A stretch of DNA of 54,943 bases from NCBI GenBank assembly GCA_964597545.1, contig CAZQXN010000012.1, positions 1 to 54,943 of the forward strand, written 5' to 3'. The notes beneath the pieces are model-generated. The model had not been told where the DNA came from, made no database searches, and saw only the letters and a program-made list of their open reading frames with translations. Source of the DNA: an uncultured Planctomycetia bacterium (lineage in GTDB: Bacteria > Omnitrophota > Gorgyraeia > 1-14-0-20-64-10). The position numbers and the translations under genes are program-made. How positions within the stretch are numbered: the stretch's first letter is position 1; every line of letters starts with the position of its first letter. Shown here in pieces: positions 18,062 to 27,570 of the stretch.

Positions 18062-19342
18062 GTGGTTCCCATCAAACAAGCGAAGAAATCTGCAGCGCAA
18101 CCACCTGACGAAACCGAGGAGCGCGCCCGTCTCCATAAGCTCAGGCAGGTGGAGGACTATGAAATGCTGGTGGGCGCCCAGGTCGTTGACCGCATTCTCA
18201 ACAAATCGAAGCCCCTGCGCGGGATGCACGTGGTCAACATCAACTCCACCTACTATGGGGGCGGGGTTGCAGAGCTGCTCTCCTCCATGACGCTGCTCAT
18301 GAACGGTCTCGGGGTTGAAACCGGCTGGCGCAACCTCCATGGCCGCCCTGATTTCTTCGCGGTCACCAAAAAGATGCACAATGCCCTGCAGGGGGACTCC
18401 ATCCATCTGACCCAACGCAAGAAACAGATCTATGAAGAGGTCCTTTACGAAAATTCCGTTCTCATGCACATCAACCATGACTATGTGGTGATCCATGATC
18501 CCCAGCCGCTGGGAATCATCCGCCACTATCCCAAGAAGTGCCCCTGGGTGTGGCGCTGTCACATCGACCTCTCACGGCCCAACAAAGCACTTTGGAAGTA
18601 TCTGGCTCCGTTTGTTGAGCGGTACGATGCGGTGCTGGTCAGCAACCCCGAATATCAGCAGACGATCACCCCACCCCAGCGCATCTTCATGCCGGCCATA
18701 GACCCCTTCACCATCAAGAACCGCCCCCTCTCTGAGTATGAAGTTAATGAGCGCCTGCGCCATTACAACATCCCTACGGATCTGCCCATCATCGCGCAGA
18801 TCTCCCGTTTCGACCGGTGGAAGGACCCCGAAGGGGTCATCCGGGCTTTTCGCAAGGCGCGCAAGGAGGTCGACTGCACGCTGGTCCTCTTGGGCAATGG
18901 TGCGACCGATGACCCGGAGGGTCAGCAGGTCCTTGAGTCTCTACTGGGCAGCCAGGATGAGCGAACCTTGATTCTCTCCTGCGGGGATGACACCGCCCTC
19001 GTGAATGCCCTGCAGACCAAGGCCGATGTGATCCTGCAGAAATCCATCCGGGAGGGGTTTGGCCTGACAGTGACCGAGGCGATGTGGAAGGGTACGCCGG
19101 TTATCGGCGGCAATGTCGGAGGAATCCAGCTTCAGATCCAGGATGGCGTCAACGGTTTCCTTGTCTCCTCTGAGGAGGAGGCGGCCGAGCGAATCGTGCA
19201 GCTGCTCAAGAACAAAAGCTTAAGGGAGACCATGGGGCAGAAGGCCAAGGATTCGGTTCGGAAGCAGTTTCTGCTGACGCGCCTCTTAGAGCAGTATGTG
19301 GACTTATTCTGTTCGTTTGAACCCGTTTTTCAATTGAGGTGA
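18062..19342 (+). CDS. treT: TreT-like trehalose synthase (GT4 glycosyltransferase), copy 1
   Basis: NSTYYGGGVAE; HNALQG; IHDPQP; WRCHID; SRFDRWKDP; EGFGLTVTEAMWK. Confidence 0.88.
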   Translation: MVPIKQAKKSAAQPPDETEERARLHKLRQVEDYEMLVGAQVVDRILNKSKPLRGMHVVNINSTYYGGGVAELLSSMTLLMNGLGVETGWRNLHGRPDFFAVTKKMHNALQGDSIHLTQRKKQIYEEVLYENSVLMHINHDYVVIHDPQPLGIIRHYPKKCPWVWRCHIDLSRPNKALWKYLAPFVERYDAVLVSNPEYQQTITPPQRIFMPAIDPFTIKNRPLSEYEVNERLRHYNIPTDLPIIAQISRFDRWKDPEGVIRAFRKARKEVDCTLVLLGNGATDDPEGQQVLESLLGSQDERTLILSCGDDTALVNALQTKADVILQKSIREGFGLTVTEAMWKGTPVIGGNVGGIQLQIQDGVNGFLVSSEEEAAERIVQLLKNKSLRETMGQKAKDSVRKQFLLTRLLEQYVDLFCSFEPVFQLR

Positions 19343-19347
19343 ACTAG

Positions 19348-21522
19348 ATGGCAGGTTCGTTAGGCAGCATTTTTAATCCCAAAAGCACAGCAATCATTGG
19401 CGCCTCCCGCAGAGAGGAAGCGGTGGGGCATGCGGTTTTTAAGAATATGCTGGAGAGTGGTTACAAGGGGCCTCTCTATCCGGTCAATCCTAAATCCGAT
19501 TCTATTCTGGGTGTTCGCTGCTACACCTCGATCACGGAGATCCCGGATCCGGTCGAGTTGGCGGTCTTGATCGTCCCAGCTCCGGCAGCCATTCCAACGT
19601 TCCAAGAGTGCATCCGCAAGGGTGTGGGCGGCGCGATCTTGATCTCTGCTGGATTCAAAGAGATCGGACCCGAGGGGGCCCGATTGGAGCAGGAGTTGGC
19701 TCATCTTTCCAAGAAACACGGTGTTCCGCTGATTGGACCCAATTGTCTTGGGGTGATCAACACCGACCCGGCAGTTTCCATGAACGCCAGCTTCTCGCGC
19801 TCCATGCCCCAAGAGGGCAGGATCGGCTTTATCTCGCAAAGCGGAGCGCTGTGTACGGCAGTTCTGGATTATGCCAAGGGGACCAGCATCGGTTTTTCCA
19901 AGTTCATCAGCATGGGGAACAAGGCCAGCGTCAGCGAGCTGGACCTGATGAAATATCTGCTTGAGGATGCTCAAACCGATGTCATCCTCATGTACCTGGA
20001 AGATTTGGCTTATCCCCGGGAGATGCTGGAGCTGTGCGAGAAGATCGGATGGGACAAAACAGGCCGCAAGCCCATCTTGGCCATCAAATCCGGTCGGACC
20101 GTGGCAGGGGCCAAAGCGGCCTCTTCTCACACCGGCTCTCTGGCAGGATCGGATGAGCTCTACACCTCTGTCTTTAAGCAGGGCGGCATGCTGCGGGTTG
20201 AATCGGTCGCCGAACTCTTTGACTATGCGCGGGCCTTCTCTACCCGCAAGTTTCCCCGCCATAACCGAGTGGCGATCGTCACCAACGCCGGCGGCCCCGG
20301 CATCATGACAACCGATGCCTGCATCCGGCACAAGCTGCAGGTCCCCACACTCAACCAAGAAACTCAGACCGAGCTTAAGAAGCATCTACCCCCGACGGCC
20401 AACATCAGCAATCCGGTGGATGTGATCGGGGACGCCCAGCATGGGCGGTACGAGGCCGCACTCCAGGCGGTCTTGAAGGACAGCCAGGTGGATGCCTGTA
20501 TCGTGATTCTCACCCCGCAAGCCATGACAGACATCGAGGAGATTGCTCGGGTTATCGGAGAGGTTTCCAAGAAGAGCCGAAAACCGGTATTGGCCTCCTT
20601 CATGGGGATTGTCGACGTCTCCGCCGGCAAGGACATTCTGCGGAAATGGGGTGTCCCCCATTACCGGTTCCCGGAGTCAGCTGCAAGCACCTTGGCTGCC
20701 ATGGCCCGCTACACCGCCTGGCTGGAACGCCCCAAGACCAGAGTAAAGCAGTTCCGGGTCAACAAGAGTCGCGCCCAGTCGATCTTAAAGAAGGCGCAGC
20801 GGGAAGGCCGCACCAACCTCACCGGCCCCGAAACCACAGAGATCCTCAAGGCCTATGGTTTTCCCACCCTGCCGATGGAATTCTGCGCCACGGCTGAGAA
20901 GGCCCAGGATGTCGCAGAGGCGATGGGTTTTCCTGTGGTGCTCAAGATCAGCTCTCCGGATATCCTCCATAAGATTGATGTCGGCGGAGTCAAGCTGGGG
21001 CTGAAATCACGGGCCGAGGTGAGGAAGGGGGCTTCGGAGCTCTTGGCAACGGTCAAGCGAAAGGCCCCTTCAGCCAAGATCGACGGTTTGGTTGTCCAGA
21101 AGATGGCCTCTCCCGGACGGGAGATCATCCTGGGGCTCAACCGCAATCCCCAGTTCGGCCCGATCCTCATGTTCGGGTTGGGCGGAACCTATGTCGAGAT
21201 CATGAAGGATGTTACCTTCAGGGTCGCTCCCATTCGGGAGCTGGCAGCGCACAACATGATCCGCTCCATTCAGGGCCGACCGATCCTGCAGGGCATCCGG
21301 GGAGAGAAGCCGGCCGATATCCCTAAGCTTGAGGAGTGCCTCCAGCGCCTTTCGCAGCTGGCGGTGGACCTGCCTCAGATCGAAGAGCTCGACATCAACC
21401 CGATGTTTGCCTACAACAAAGGGGAAGGTTGCATGGTGGTGGACTCGCGCATCCTGCTCGAACACCCTGCTGACTCTGAAACGGCAGCCAGCCCCGCTAA
21501 ACTGAAGGCAAAGCGCCGCTAA
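19348..21522 (+). CDS. ADP-forming acetate/acyl-CoA ligase, fused alpha-beta
   Basis: CoA-binding domain (IGAS, PVNP); GPNCLG; SQSGA; ASSHTG phospho-His; NPVD; ATP-grasp HKIDVGGV. Confidence 0.92.
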   Translation: MAGSLGSIFNPKSTAIIGASRREEAVGHAVFKNMLESGYKGPLYPVNPKSDSILGVRCYTSITEIPDPVELAVLIVPAPAAIPTFQECIRKGVGGAILISAGFKEIGPEGARLEQELAHLSKKHGVPLIGPNCLGVINTDPAVSMNASFSRSMPQEGRIGFISQSGALCTAVLDYAKGTSIGFSKFISMGNKASVSELDLMKYLLEDAQTDVILMYLEDLAYPREMLELCEKIGWDKTGRKPILAIKSGRTVAGAKAASSHTGSLAGSDELYTSVFKQGGMLRVESVAELFDYARAFSTRKFPRHNRVAIVTNAGGPGIMTTDACIRHKLQVPTLNQETQTELKKHLPPTANISNPVDVIGDAQHGRYEAALQAVLKDSQVDACIVILTPQAMTDIEEIARVIGEVSKKSRKPVLASFMGIVDVSAGKDILRKWGVPHYRFPESAASTLAAMARYTAWLERPKTRVKQFRVNKSRAQSILKKAQREGRTNLTGPETTEILKAYGFPTLPMEFCATAEKAQDVAEAMGFPVVLKISSPDILHKIDVGGVKLGLKSRAEVRKGASELLATVKRKAPSAKIDGLVVQKMASPGREIILGLNRNPQFGPILMFGLGGTYVEIMKDVTFRVAPIRELAAHNMIRSIQGRPILQGIRGEKPADIPKLEECLQRLSQLAVDLPQIEELDINPMFAYNKGEGCMVVDSRILLEHPADSETAASPAKLKAKRR

Positions 21523-21524
21523 AG

Positions 21525-22580
21525 CTGAAGAGAACGGCTCAGAAGAAGCTGCTCGCCTGGTATCGGGAAAACCCCAGAGGGGTTCTGCCCTGGCGAGAAA
21601 GTCGGGATCCCTATCACATCTGGATCTCCGAGGCCATGCTTCAGCAGACGCAAGTCAAGACTGTCCTGCCTTACTACAAGCGCTTTCTTCGACGTTTCCC
21701 CACCCTAAAACAACTGGCCCAGGCGCCGCTTTCCGAGGTGCTGGTGCTCTGGGCAGGCTTGGGTTACTACTCCAGAGCCAAGCATCTCCATGCCGCCGCA
21801 CAACAGGTGATGGCGCGCCTCAGAGGGAAGCTGCCCTCTGAGGTTGCTGAGTTGATGAAGCTGCCCGGGGTAGGCCGTTACACAGCAGGTGCAATCTCCA
21901 GCATTGCTTTTTCTCGCCCGGCACCGATTCTGGATGGAAATGTCATCCGGGTCCTCAGCCGGTACTTTGGAATTCGAGGAGGTACCGCCACACCCGTCAG
22001 CCAGAGACGTCTCTGGAATCTCGCCGAGGAGATTCTCCCTGCAGCCCATCCGGGCGCCTTCAATCAAGCCCTCATGGACTTAGGGGCCTTGATTTGTCTT
22101 CGGCGATCTCCCCAATGCGCCGCCTGCCCCTTGGCTTCAAACTGTGTTGCGCGGGCGAAGGGTCAGCAGGAGAAGATTCCCCCTGCCCGGCCGGTGCCAA
22201 AGCGCAAGAAGATCCGTTATCTCTGCGGCATTGTAGAGCGCAACGGCTCCGTCTTGCTGGCGCGGCGTCCTGCGGCAGGACTGCTTCCCGGCCTATGGGA
22301 GTTTCCGGGGGGAGAACAGGGGCCGGAGGAGTCGCAGCTTGTGGGGTTGAGGCGTCTGCTGCGCGAGCGCCTTGCGATCCGCATGCGCACCGGGAAGGCC
22401 TGCGGGAAGATCACGCAGTTGCTGACGCACCGAGAACTGGAGATTCAGGCATTCCATGTGCGTGTCGCTGGCGGGAGCATTCGGCCCTGCTGGTACACCA
22501 AGGTGCGCTGGATGCCCAAAGCACGCTTAAGGTCAGTGCCGTTTACTGCCGGGATGAAGCGGGTTGCGCAATTGCTGTGA
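21525..22580 (+). CDS. mutY: A/G-specific adenine glycosylase
   Basis: LPWR..DPY.IWISE.MLQQT; HhH LPGVGRYTA; DGNV; Cys-rich Fe-S motif; NUDIX-like tail. The conserved N-terminus lies upstream of ATG21636, so a CTG start is inferred. Confidence 0.92.
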   Translation: MKRTAQKKLLAWYRENPRGVLPWRESRDPYHIWISEAMLQQTQVKTVLPYYKRFLRRFPTLKQLAQAPLSEVLVLWAGLGYYSRAKHLHAAAQQVMARLRGKLPSEVAELMKLPGVGRYTAGAISSIAFSRPAPILDGNVIRVLSRYFGIRGGTATPVSQRRLWNLAEEILPAAHPGAFNQALMDLGALICLRRSPQCAACPLASNCVARAKGQQEKIPPARPVPKRKKIRYLCGIVERNGSVLLARRPAAGLLPGLWEFPGGEQGPEESQLVGLRRLLRERLAIRMRTGKACGKITQLLTHRELEIQAFHVRVAGGSIRPCWYTKVRWMPKARLRSVPFTAGMKRVAQLL

Positions 22581-22605
22581 GGATTCCCTCTTGCGCGGGA
22601 ATGAC
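22581..22605. repeat. REP/dRS3-like palindromic element
   Basis: GG-ATTCCC-N8-GGGAAT-GAC in the gap between convergent mutY and treT2. Confidence 0.65.
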
Positions 22606-22614
22606 AACGTGTGG

Positions 22615-23883
22615 CTAGATGTTGATGACGTCCCCTTCCCGCTCTAGGGCAATCATCAGCAGAAGGTAATCCCTGAGATGCCGGGTGAGCAGGAAGTTTT
22701 GCCGGATGTGCTCCTGCCCATTCTCCCCAAGGCGCCGGGCAAAGGAGGGGGAATTCAGGCACTGCTTGATGGCAAAGGCAGCCCCTTCGATGCTCCTGCA
22801 GAGCATCCCGCTGAACTTGTGGGTAATCTGCAGCGGAATACCTCCTACCGCTGAGGCCACCACAGGTTTCGCCTTCCACAGGGCTTCGGTCACTGTTAAG
22901 GCAAACCCCTCCCGTATGGATTTCTGAACAATGACTGTTGAAGCCCGCTGAATGGCATTGATCTCAATGTCGCTGTGCGGGGGCAGCTCCAAGATATGCA
23001 CATCCGGCATCTCCTTGGCGCGTGTCTTGATCTCGCCGAGTACGCGCGAACCCTCCGGATCATCGCTGGCCCCTCCGCCGGCTAAGAGCAGCCGGCAGTC
23101 CACCGACCGCTTCACCAAGCGGAAGGCCTCAATCACACCCGCAGGATCCTTAAGGGCGTCGAAGCGAGAGACCTGTGTCACCAGCGGCTTGTCCCTGGGA
23201 ATTTGAAGGCGATCCATAATGGCATCGACCTGCTGGGGGGGTAAATCCTGGTTCTTCGCGCTCAAGGGGTCAATGGAGGGGGCAATCAGGAATTGGCGAA
23301 TCGGAAGCACCTGGGCAAATTGGGGCGCTGAGAAGATGGCGGCATCGTATTGATCCACAAAACGCCTCAAGAACCGCCAAGCCTCGGTCTGGGGGCTGGA
23401 GACATCCACGTGGCAGCGCCATACCCATCGATTGCGGTGCCTCTGTTTCTCAGAGATGAGTGCCGCCGGCTGGGGATCATGAATGAAGGTGACATCGCTC
23501 TCCAAAGGGAGCGTGCGGGCGTTTTGGCTGTTGGTCTCGAGGAATGTGCGCAAATCGTTCCTGCGGAATCGGGAGAGCTTTCCGTGCAAAGCATTGTGCA
23601 CCTTTTTGGTCACCTCAAAAAAGCGCTCATTGCCCTCCATCACATCCCAGCGGGTCTTAAGCCCCAACTCCTGCATGAGGGGCACCAACCGCACCAGGAT
23701 CTCGGCAACCCCTCCGCCGCTGGAGGTGGAGTTGATGTGTTGAATGCGCCGGCCGGCCAGGCGGCCGCCCAAGATCCTCAACTGCTCAATCACCTGGTGC
23801 CCCACCACCGGCTTGTAGGCACCGAGCCCCGGTCCCTCGGGGATGGTGACCCTGCTCTTTTCAGACTCCCCGGGCAAATTCAC
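22615..23883 (-). CDS. treT: TreT-like trehalose synthase (GT4), copy 2
   Basis: NSTSSGGGVAE; HNALHG; IHDPQP; WRCHVD; EGFALTVTEALWK. Confidence 0.88.
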   Translation of the reverse strand: MNLPGESEKSRVTIPEGPGLGAYKPVVGHQVIEQLRILGGRLAGRRIQHINSTSSGGGVAEILVRLVPLMQELGLKTRWDVMEGNERFFEVTKKVHNALHGKLSRFRRNDLRTFLETNSQNARTLPLESDVTFIHDPQPAALISEKQRHRNRWVWRCHVDVSSPQTEAWRFLRRFVDQYDAAIFSAPQFAQVLPIRQFLIAPSIDPLSAKNQDLPPQQVDAIMDRLQIPRDKPLVTQVSRFDALKDPAGVIEAFRLVKRSVDCRLLLAGGGASDDPEGSRVLGEIKTRAKEMPDVHILELPPHSDIEINAIQRASTVIVQKSIREGFALTVTEALWKAKPVVASAVGGIPLQITHKFSGMLCRSIEGAAFAIKQCLNSPSFARRLGENGQEHIRQNFLLTRHLRDYLLLMIALEREGDVINI

Positions 23884-24569
23884 TGCTTGATGATCTCCAA
23901 AATGCGTTGGTGCACCGAGCGCAGGATGGTGCGCCTGAGGTCTTCCATGGTATGGGTATAGGGATCAAGCTGCTCGAGGGTCCCGGCCAGATTGTCTTCG
24001 CCCAAACAGCATCTAAACCACAAGGAGAAATCATTGGTCTGGCGCCCCAAGCGAAGGGGGGCTTCAAAGATGTGGTAGTAGAGGCTCTCTACGGTTACCG
24101 CCTGCAGGCACTGCTCGAATTCCAACAGGTCGCCGGCCGCATGGGGAGTCTCCAAAACGATGCTTGTCACCTTGATAAAGTGGAAGGCGTCCTCGGGTGC
24201 CACAAAGCGTATTCGAATGAAGGGATGCGCCCAAATATAACGCTCGATCGTATCAATCAGCTGATTTCTCAACGCCCGGATGGTTTTAAATTCAGTGGTG
24301 CTCACGCTGGCAAGCTGCTCCCCCAGGGTCTTCTCCCCAAAAACGTTGTTGACCCAATAGGCAAAATCATTGGGGGCCTCTGGAATCAGGTATTGATGCT
24401 GCTGCAGGTAGTGATGGGTATGGTGAAAGATGACCGATCCGGGCACATGTTTTAAGAGCCTCAACAACTGCGCAATGGTAATGGCCCGAAAACCGGTCAG
24501 CTCTCGCAGGCAGACGCGGCTGAAGAACCGGAACGGTTCCGTTGCTTTGGGCAGTGGGGTTGCGGCCAT
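23880..24569 (-). CDS. TreT-associated hypothetical protein (DUF5752-like) with two homologous halves
   Basis: F.F...S..[F/Y]H...NDF..W...L...L pattern present twice; coupled to treT2 and otsB. Confidence 0.75.
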   Translation of the reverse strand: MAATPLPKATEPFRFFSRVCLRELTGFRAITIAQLLRLLKHVPGSVIFHHTHHYLQQHQYLIPEAPNDFAYWVNNVFGEKTLGEQLASVSTTEFKTIRALRNQLIDTIERYIWAHPFIRIRFVAPEDAFHFIKVTSIVLETPHAAGDLLEFEQCLQAVTVESLYYHIFEAPLRLGRQTNDFSLWFRCCLGEDNLAGTLEQLDPYTHTMEDLRRTILRSVHQRILEIIKQ

Positions 24570-25390
24570 TACGGTTTTCTTTTACTGCCTTGGAGTTCCA
24601 GGAGCAGCCGAAGCAGCCGCTGTACGCCCTGGGGTGAACCCAGCGTATAGCGGGCTCGCGTCCGGGGCAGGCGTGGAGCGACCGCGACAGTAATTCCCTT
24701 TTTGCCCAGCGCTCGAAAGGCATCTTCGTCCGTCACATCATCTCCCACGTAGAGCGGCAGCCGGGAAGCGCCTCGGGCTGCGGCAGGCCCCTTTGCCAAC
24801 AGCCAGGTGACAACGGTCCCTTTGTTCCATCGAACCGGAGGACGCACCTCGAAAATTTTCTTTCCTGAGGTGACGCGAATCTTTCCCGCGAGACGATGTA
24901 CCTGCACTGTCTCGTGGAAGCATTTGCGGGCGCGGGGTACCTCTTTAAGCGCAACCCCCCGAAAATGAACAGATAAGGTTAAACCCTTCTGCTCAACCCA
25001 GGAGCCGGGAATCGACTTGAAAGCCAAGCGCAGATTCCGCGCAAGGGTCTGTATCAAGGGCTTGACGCGCTGTGCAGCGGGATTGACGTATTTTAATCCG
25101 CGGCCTTGAAGCTCGAGGCCGTGGTTGCCCACATAGCAGAGTCCCGGCAGCCCCACCATGGACTTTAAATCCTTCAAAGCGCGGCCGCTGACCAGTGCAA
25201 CCCAGACACCCGGCTGAGCACTCAAGGCCTTAAGCAGCTGTCTGGTTCTCGCTGAGAGGCGGGCCCGGGCCGGATGACTGGTAATGGGGGTCAAGGTCCC
25301 ATCGTAATCCAGGAAAACCAGAAGGGTTTTGGTTTTGAGCAGACGCTTTCGAATCTGGGGCCAGTGGGCCCAAAGGGAGGGGGGAGGCAT
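24569..25390 (-). CDS. otsB: Trehalose-6-phosphate phosphatase
   Basis: LDYDGTL; SGR; GNHG.E; EVRP...NKG; GDDVTDEDAF; start re-placed at ATG25390. Confidence 0.92.
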   Translation of the reverse strand: MPPPSLWAHWPQIRKRLLKTKTLLVFLDYDGTLTPITSHPARARLSARTRQLLKALSAQPGVWVALVSGRALKDLKSMVGLPGLCYVGNHGLELQGRGLKYVNPAAQRVKPLIQTLARNLRLAFKSIPGSWVEQKGLTLSVHFRGVALKEVPRARKCFHETVQVHRLAGKIRVTSGKKIFEVRPPVRWNKGTVVTWLLAKGPAAARGASRLPLYVGDDVTDEDAFRALGKKGITVAVAPRLPRTRARYTLGSPQGVQRLLRLLLELQGSKRKP

Positions 25391-25400
25391 GCTGCAGTTA

Positions 25401-25626
25401 GGCTCGCTCGGCCGTTCGCGCTGCCACGCTCTCGGGCATTTCGCTCTGCCGAGCTTCATGCATTTCCTCGTCCACCCACCTCCGGTGGGTTCCCGGACTC
25501 GGTCACACTCTCTTCGCCGACCACGCCTGGGGCGTGGTGCCCGGCTCGGTCGGCCGTTCGCGCTGCCACGTTCTCGGCACTTCCTTCGCCGACCACGCCT
25601 GGGGCGTGGTGCCCGGCTCGGTCGGC
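25401..25626. repeat. Mosaic palindromic repeat element in the otsA-otsB gap
   Basis: Exact 43-bp direct repeat (25512-25554 = 25584-25626); 35-bp repeat with 2 mismatches (25401-25435, 25543-25577); several internal hairpins. Confidence 0.85.
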
Positions 25627-25661
25627 AGCGGTCATCATGGGGTGGGTTCGGGCTGCGTGGT

Positions 25662-27512
25662 TCATTTGGGTTTAGGTGGACCAATCCGATCGAGCTCAGT
25701 GACCAGATCGGCTGCCCATCGATACACGTTGTTCTCCTGGAGGATCTCCCGCATCCGAGCCATCCTGCCCTTCTGCTCTTCCGGGCGCATGGTGATGGCG
25801 CTGTGAATCGCATCGGCTACGCGATCGACGTCGTAGGGGTTGACCAGGAGCGAATCCCGCAGTTCTCGGGAGGCACCGGCAAACTGGCTTAAGATCAACA
25901 CCCCCTGCTCGTCGGATCGGGTCGCTACAAACTCCTTGGCGACAAGATTCATCCCGTCATGCAGAGAGGTCACCAAACAAACGTTGGCTGCGCGGTAGAA
26001 GAGGCGGATGGTATCGTGACCGTGATGCTCCTCAAGGAAGAGGATCGGCTTCCAGTTGCGCGTCTGGAAGCGCTGGTTGATCCTTTCTGCCTCCTCATTC
26101 AACTCTGCCCCCAGATCGTGGTACCGCTTGATGAGCGTCCTGGAGGGAGCGCCCAGCTCAACGAAGGTGAAGTTCCCCTGGAAACCCTGGTACTTCTCTA
26201 AGAACCGCTCGATCCCCCGGAAGCGTTCGGCAATGCCCTTGGTATAGTCAATCCGGTCTACTCCTACCCCGATCCACTTGGTGTCGAGCCCGAATTCCTT
26301 TTTGATTTCCGGGCGAGCGTCGGCAATTGAGGTTTCGGCCTCTTGCTCGGCAGGTGAGCGTTCTTCCGCAATGCTGATGGCAAAGGGCTTGACCCAGGTT
26401 TTGTGTCCGGCCCGGTTGACGGCAAACTGCTCCCAGCTGATTCGAGTCTCCAAGACCCGATCCACCGTGTCTAAGAAGTTGTTGCAGTGAAACTGGATGT
26501 GGAAACCCAGCAGGTCGGCCCCGAGCATGCCGTGCAGGAGGTTGCGCGACCAGGGGCAGATGCCGAAGGATTCCGGGTTGGGCCAAGGGATGTGCCAGAA
26601 AAGCCCGATCTTGGCATCGGGGCGTTTATCCTTGATGAGGCGGGGCAAAAGGGCAAAGTGGTAATCCTGGACCAGGACCAGGGGCTCTGGTTCTCCCTCC
26701 AACTCCTCTAAGACCGCTTGGGCGAACTTTTCGTTGACCTTGCGGTACTGCTCCCAATCCTCAATGCGGAATACAGGACGCGTATGGGCAATGTGGCACA
26801 AGGGCCACAGCCCTTCGTTGGAAAAACCATAGTAGTAGCCCTGCTCCTCTTCTTGAGTGAGCCATACCCGGCGAAGGGTGTAGAGGGGAGATTCCGGAGG
26901 AACCTGAAGCCGCCCGTGGGCATCGGCGGTCTCGCGGTCGGCATTCCCCAGACCGCTGGCAACCCAGGTGCCTCCGCAAGCGCGCAAGATCGGCTCCATG
27001 GCCGTGACCAACCCGCTGGCAGGAACCTCACACCGGATCTGGCGCCCCTCTCGAATGTGCATGTAAGGCTCACGGTTGGCCACAACAATCATGGGCCGAT
27101 CGCCTAAGACCGAACGAACATGCTCCCTGAGGCGCTCGGCAGTCCAGCGGGACTCACCGGAGATCCTCAGCCGCGCCTCCTCCTCTGCCGCAGCCCGAGC
27201 ATCCTTAAGACTTTTGCTGAGTAAAATCACCTCTTGAGCCAACGGCGCAAAGAGGGAGCCCTGCTTGGGCAGCTCCCGCACCTCAGCCTCTTCCCCAGAG
27301 CGCAGTTTCCTGATCCAGCGCACGGTCCTGTGCATGGGGCGCCTGAGGCTCCAGTGCAGCACACCCAGGAGAATACCCGCGCTTAAGGCAGCCAGGATGA
27401 TGAAGTGTAGGAGCAGATCCGGCCAGAAGGGGATACGGTGCGCCTCAAAGACAAACAGATATGCCCCGGCGGCAAGTGCTGCAGAGAAAATGATCCAGAT
27501 TCGAATTCGCAT
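25662..27512 (-). CDS. otsA: Trehalose-6-phosphate synthase with an N-terminal two-TM/HAMP-like extension
   Basis: VANREP; SGLVTA; LWPLCH; QDYH; FWHIPWP; VDRIDYTKG; DGMNLVAKE; two hydrophobic helices before the GT20 domain; start re-placed at ATG27512. Confidence 0.92.
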   Translation of the reverse strand: MRIRIWIIFSAALAAGAYLFVFEAHRIPFWPDLLLHFIILAALSAGILLGVLHWSLRRPMHRTVRWIRKLRSGEEAEVRELPKQGSLFAPLAQEVILLSKSLKDARAAAEEEARLRISGESRWTAERLREHVRSVLGDRPMIVVANREPYMHIREGRQIRCEVPASGLVTAMEPILRACGGTWVASGLGNADRETADAHGRLQVPPESPLYTLRRVWLTQEEEQGYYYGFSNEGLWPLCHIAHTRPVFRIEDWEQYRKVNEKFAQAVLEELEGEPEPLVLVQDYHFALLPRLIKDKRPDAKIGLFWHIPWPNPESFGICPWSRNLLHGMLGADLLGFHIQFHCNNFLDTVDRVLETRISWEQFAVNRAGHKTWVKPFAISIAEERSPAEQEAETSIADARPEIKKEFGLDTKWIGVGVDRIDYTKGIAERFRGIERFLEKYQGFQGNFTFVELGAPSRTLIKRYHDLGAELNEEAERINQRFQTRNWKPILFLEEHHGHDTIRLFYRAANVCLVTSLHDGMNLVAKEFVATRSDEQGVLILSQFAGASRELRDSLLVNPYDVDRVADAIHSAITMRPEEQKGRMARMREILQENNVYRWAADLVTELDRIGPPKPK

Positions 27513-27570
27513 TATAGCTTTAAGTTTACCATACTCGCGCGAAGCCCCCGCCCTGAAGCCCGGCGCTTGG

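Noticed and set aside
19360-20385. 341-aa antisense ORF, and similar antisense ORFs throughout the window
   Set aside because: Antisense to well-supported genes; expected from high-GC codon bias
25401-25626. CRISPR array
   Set aside because: Only two copies of each unit, the spacer is itself part of another repeat, and there are no cas genes
24569-25813. 414-aa OtsB with a long N-terminal extension
   Set aside because: The extension runs through the GC-rich repeat element and overlaps otsA; the HAD domain starts just after ATG25390
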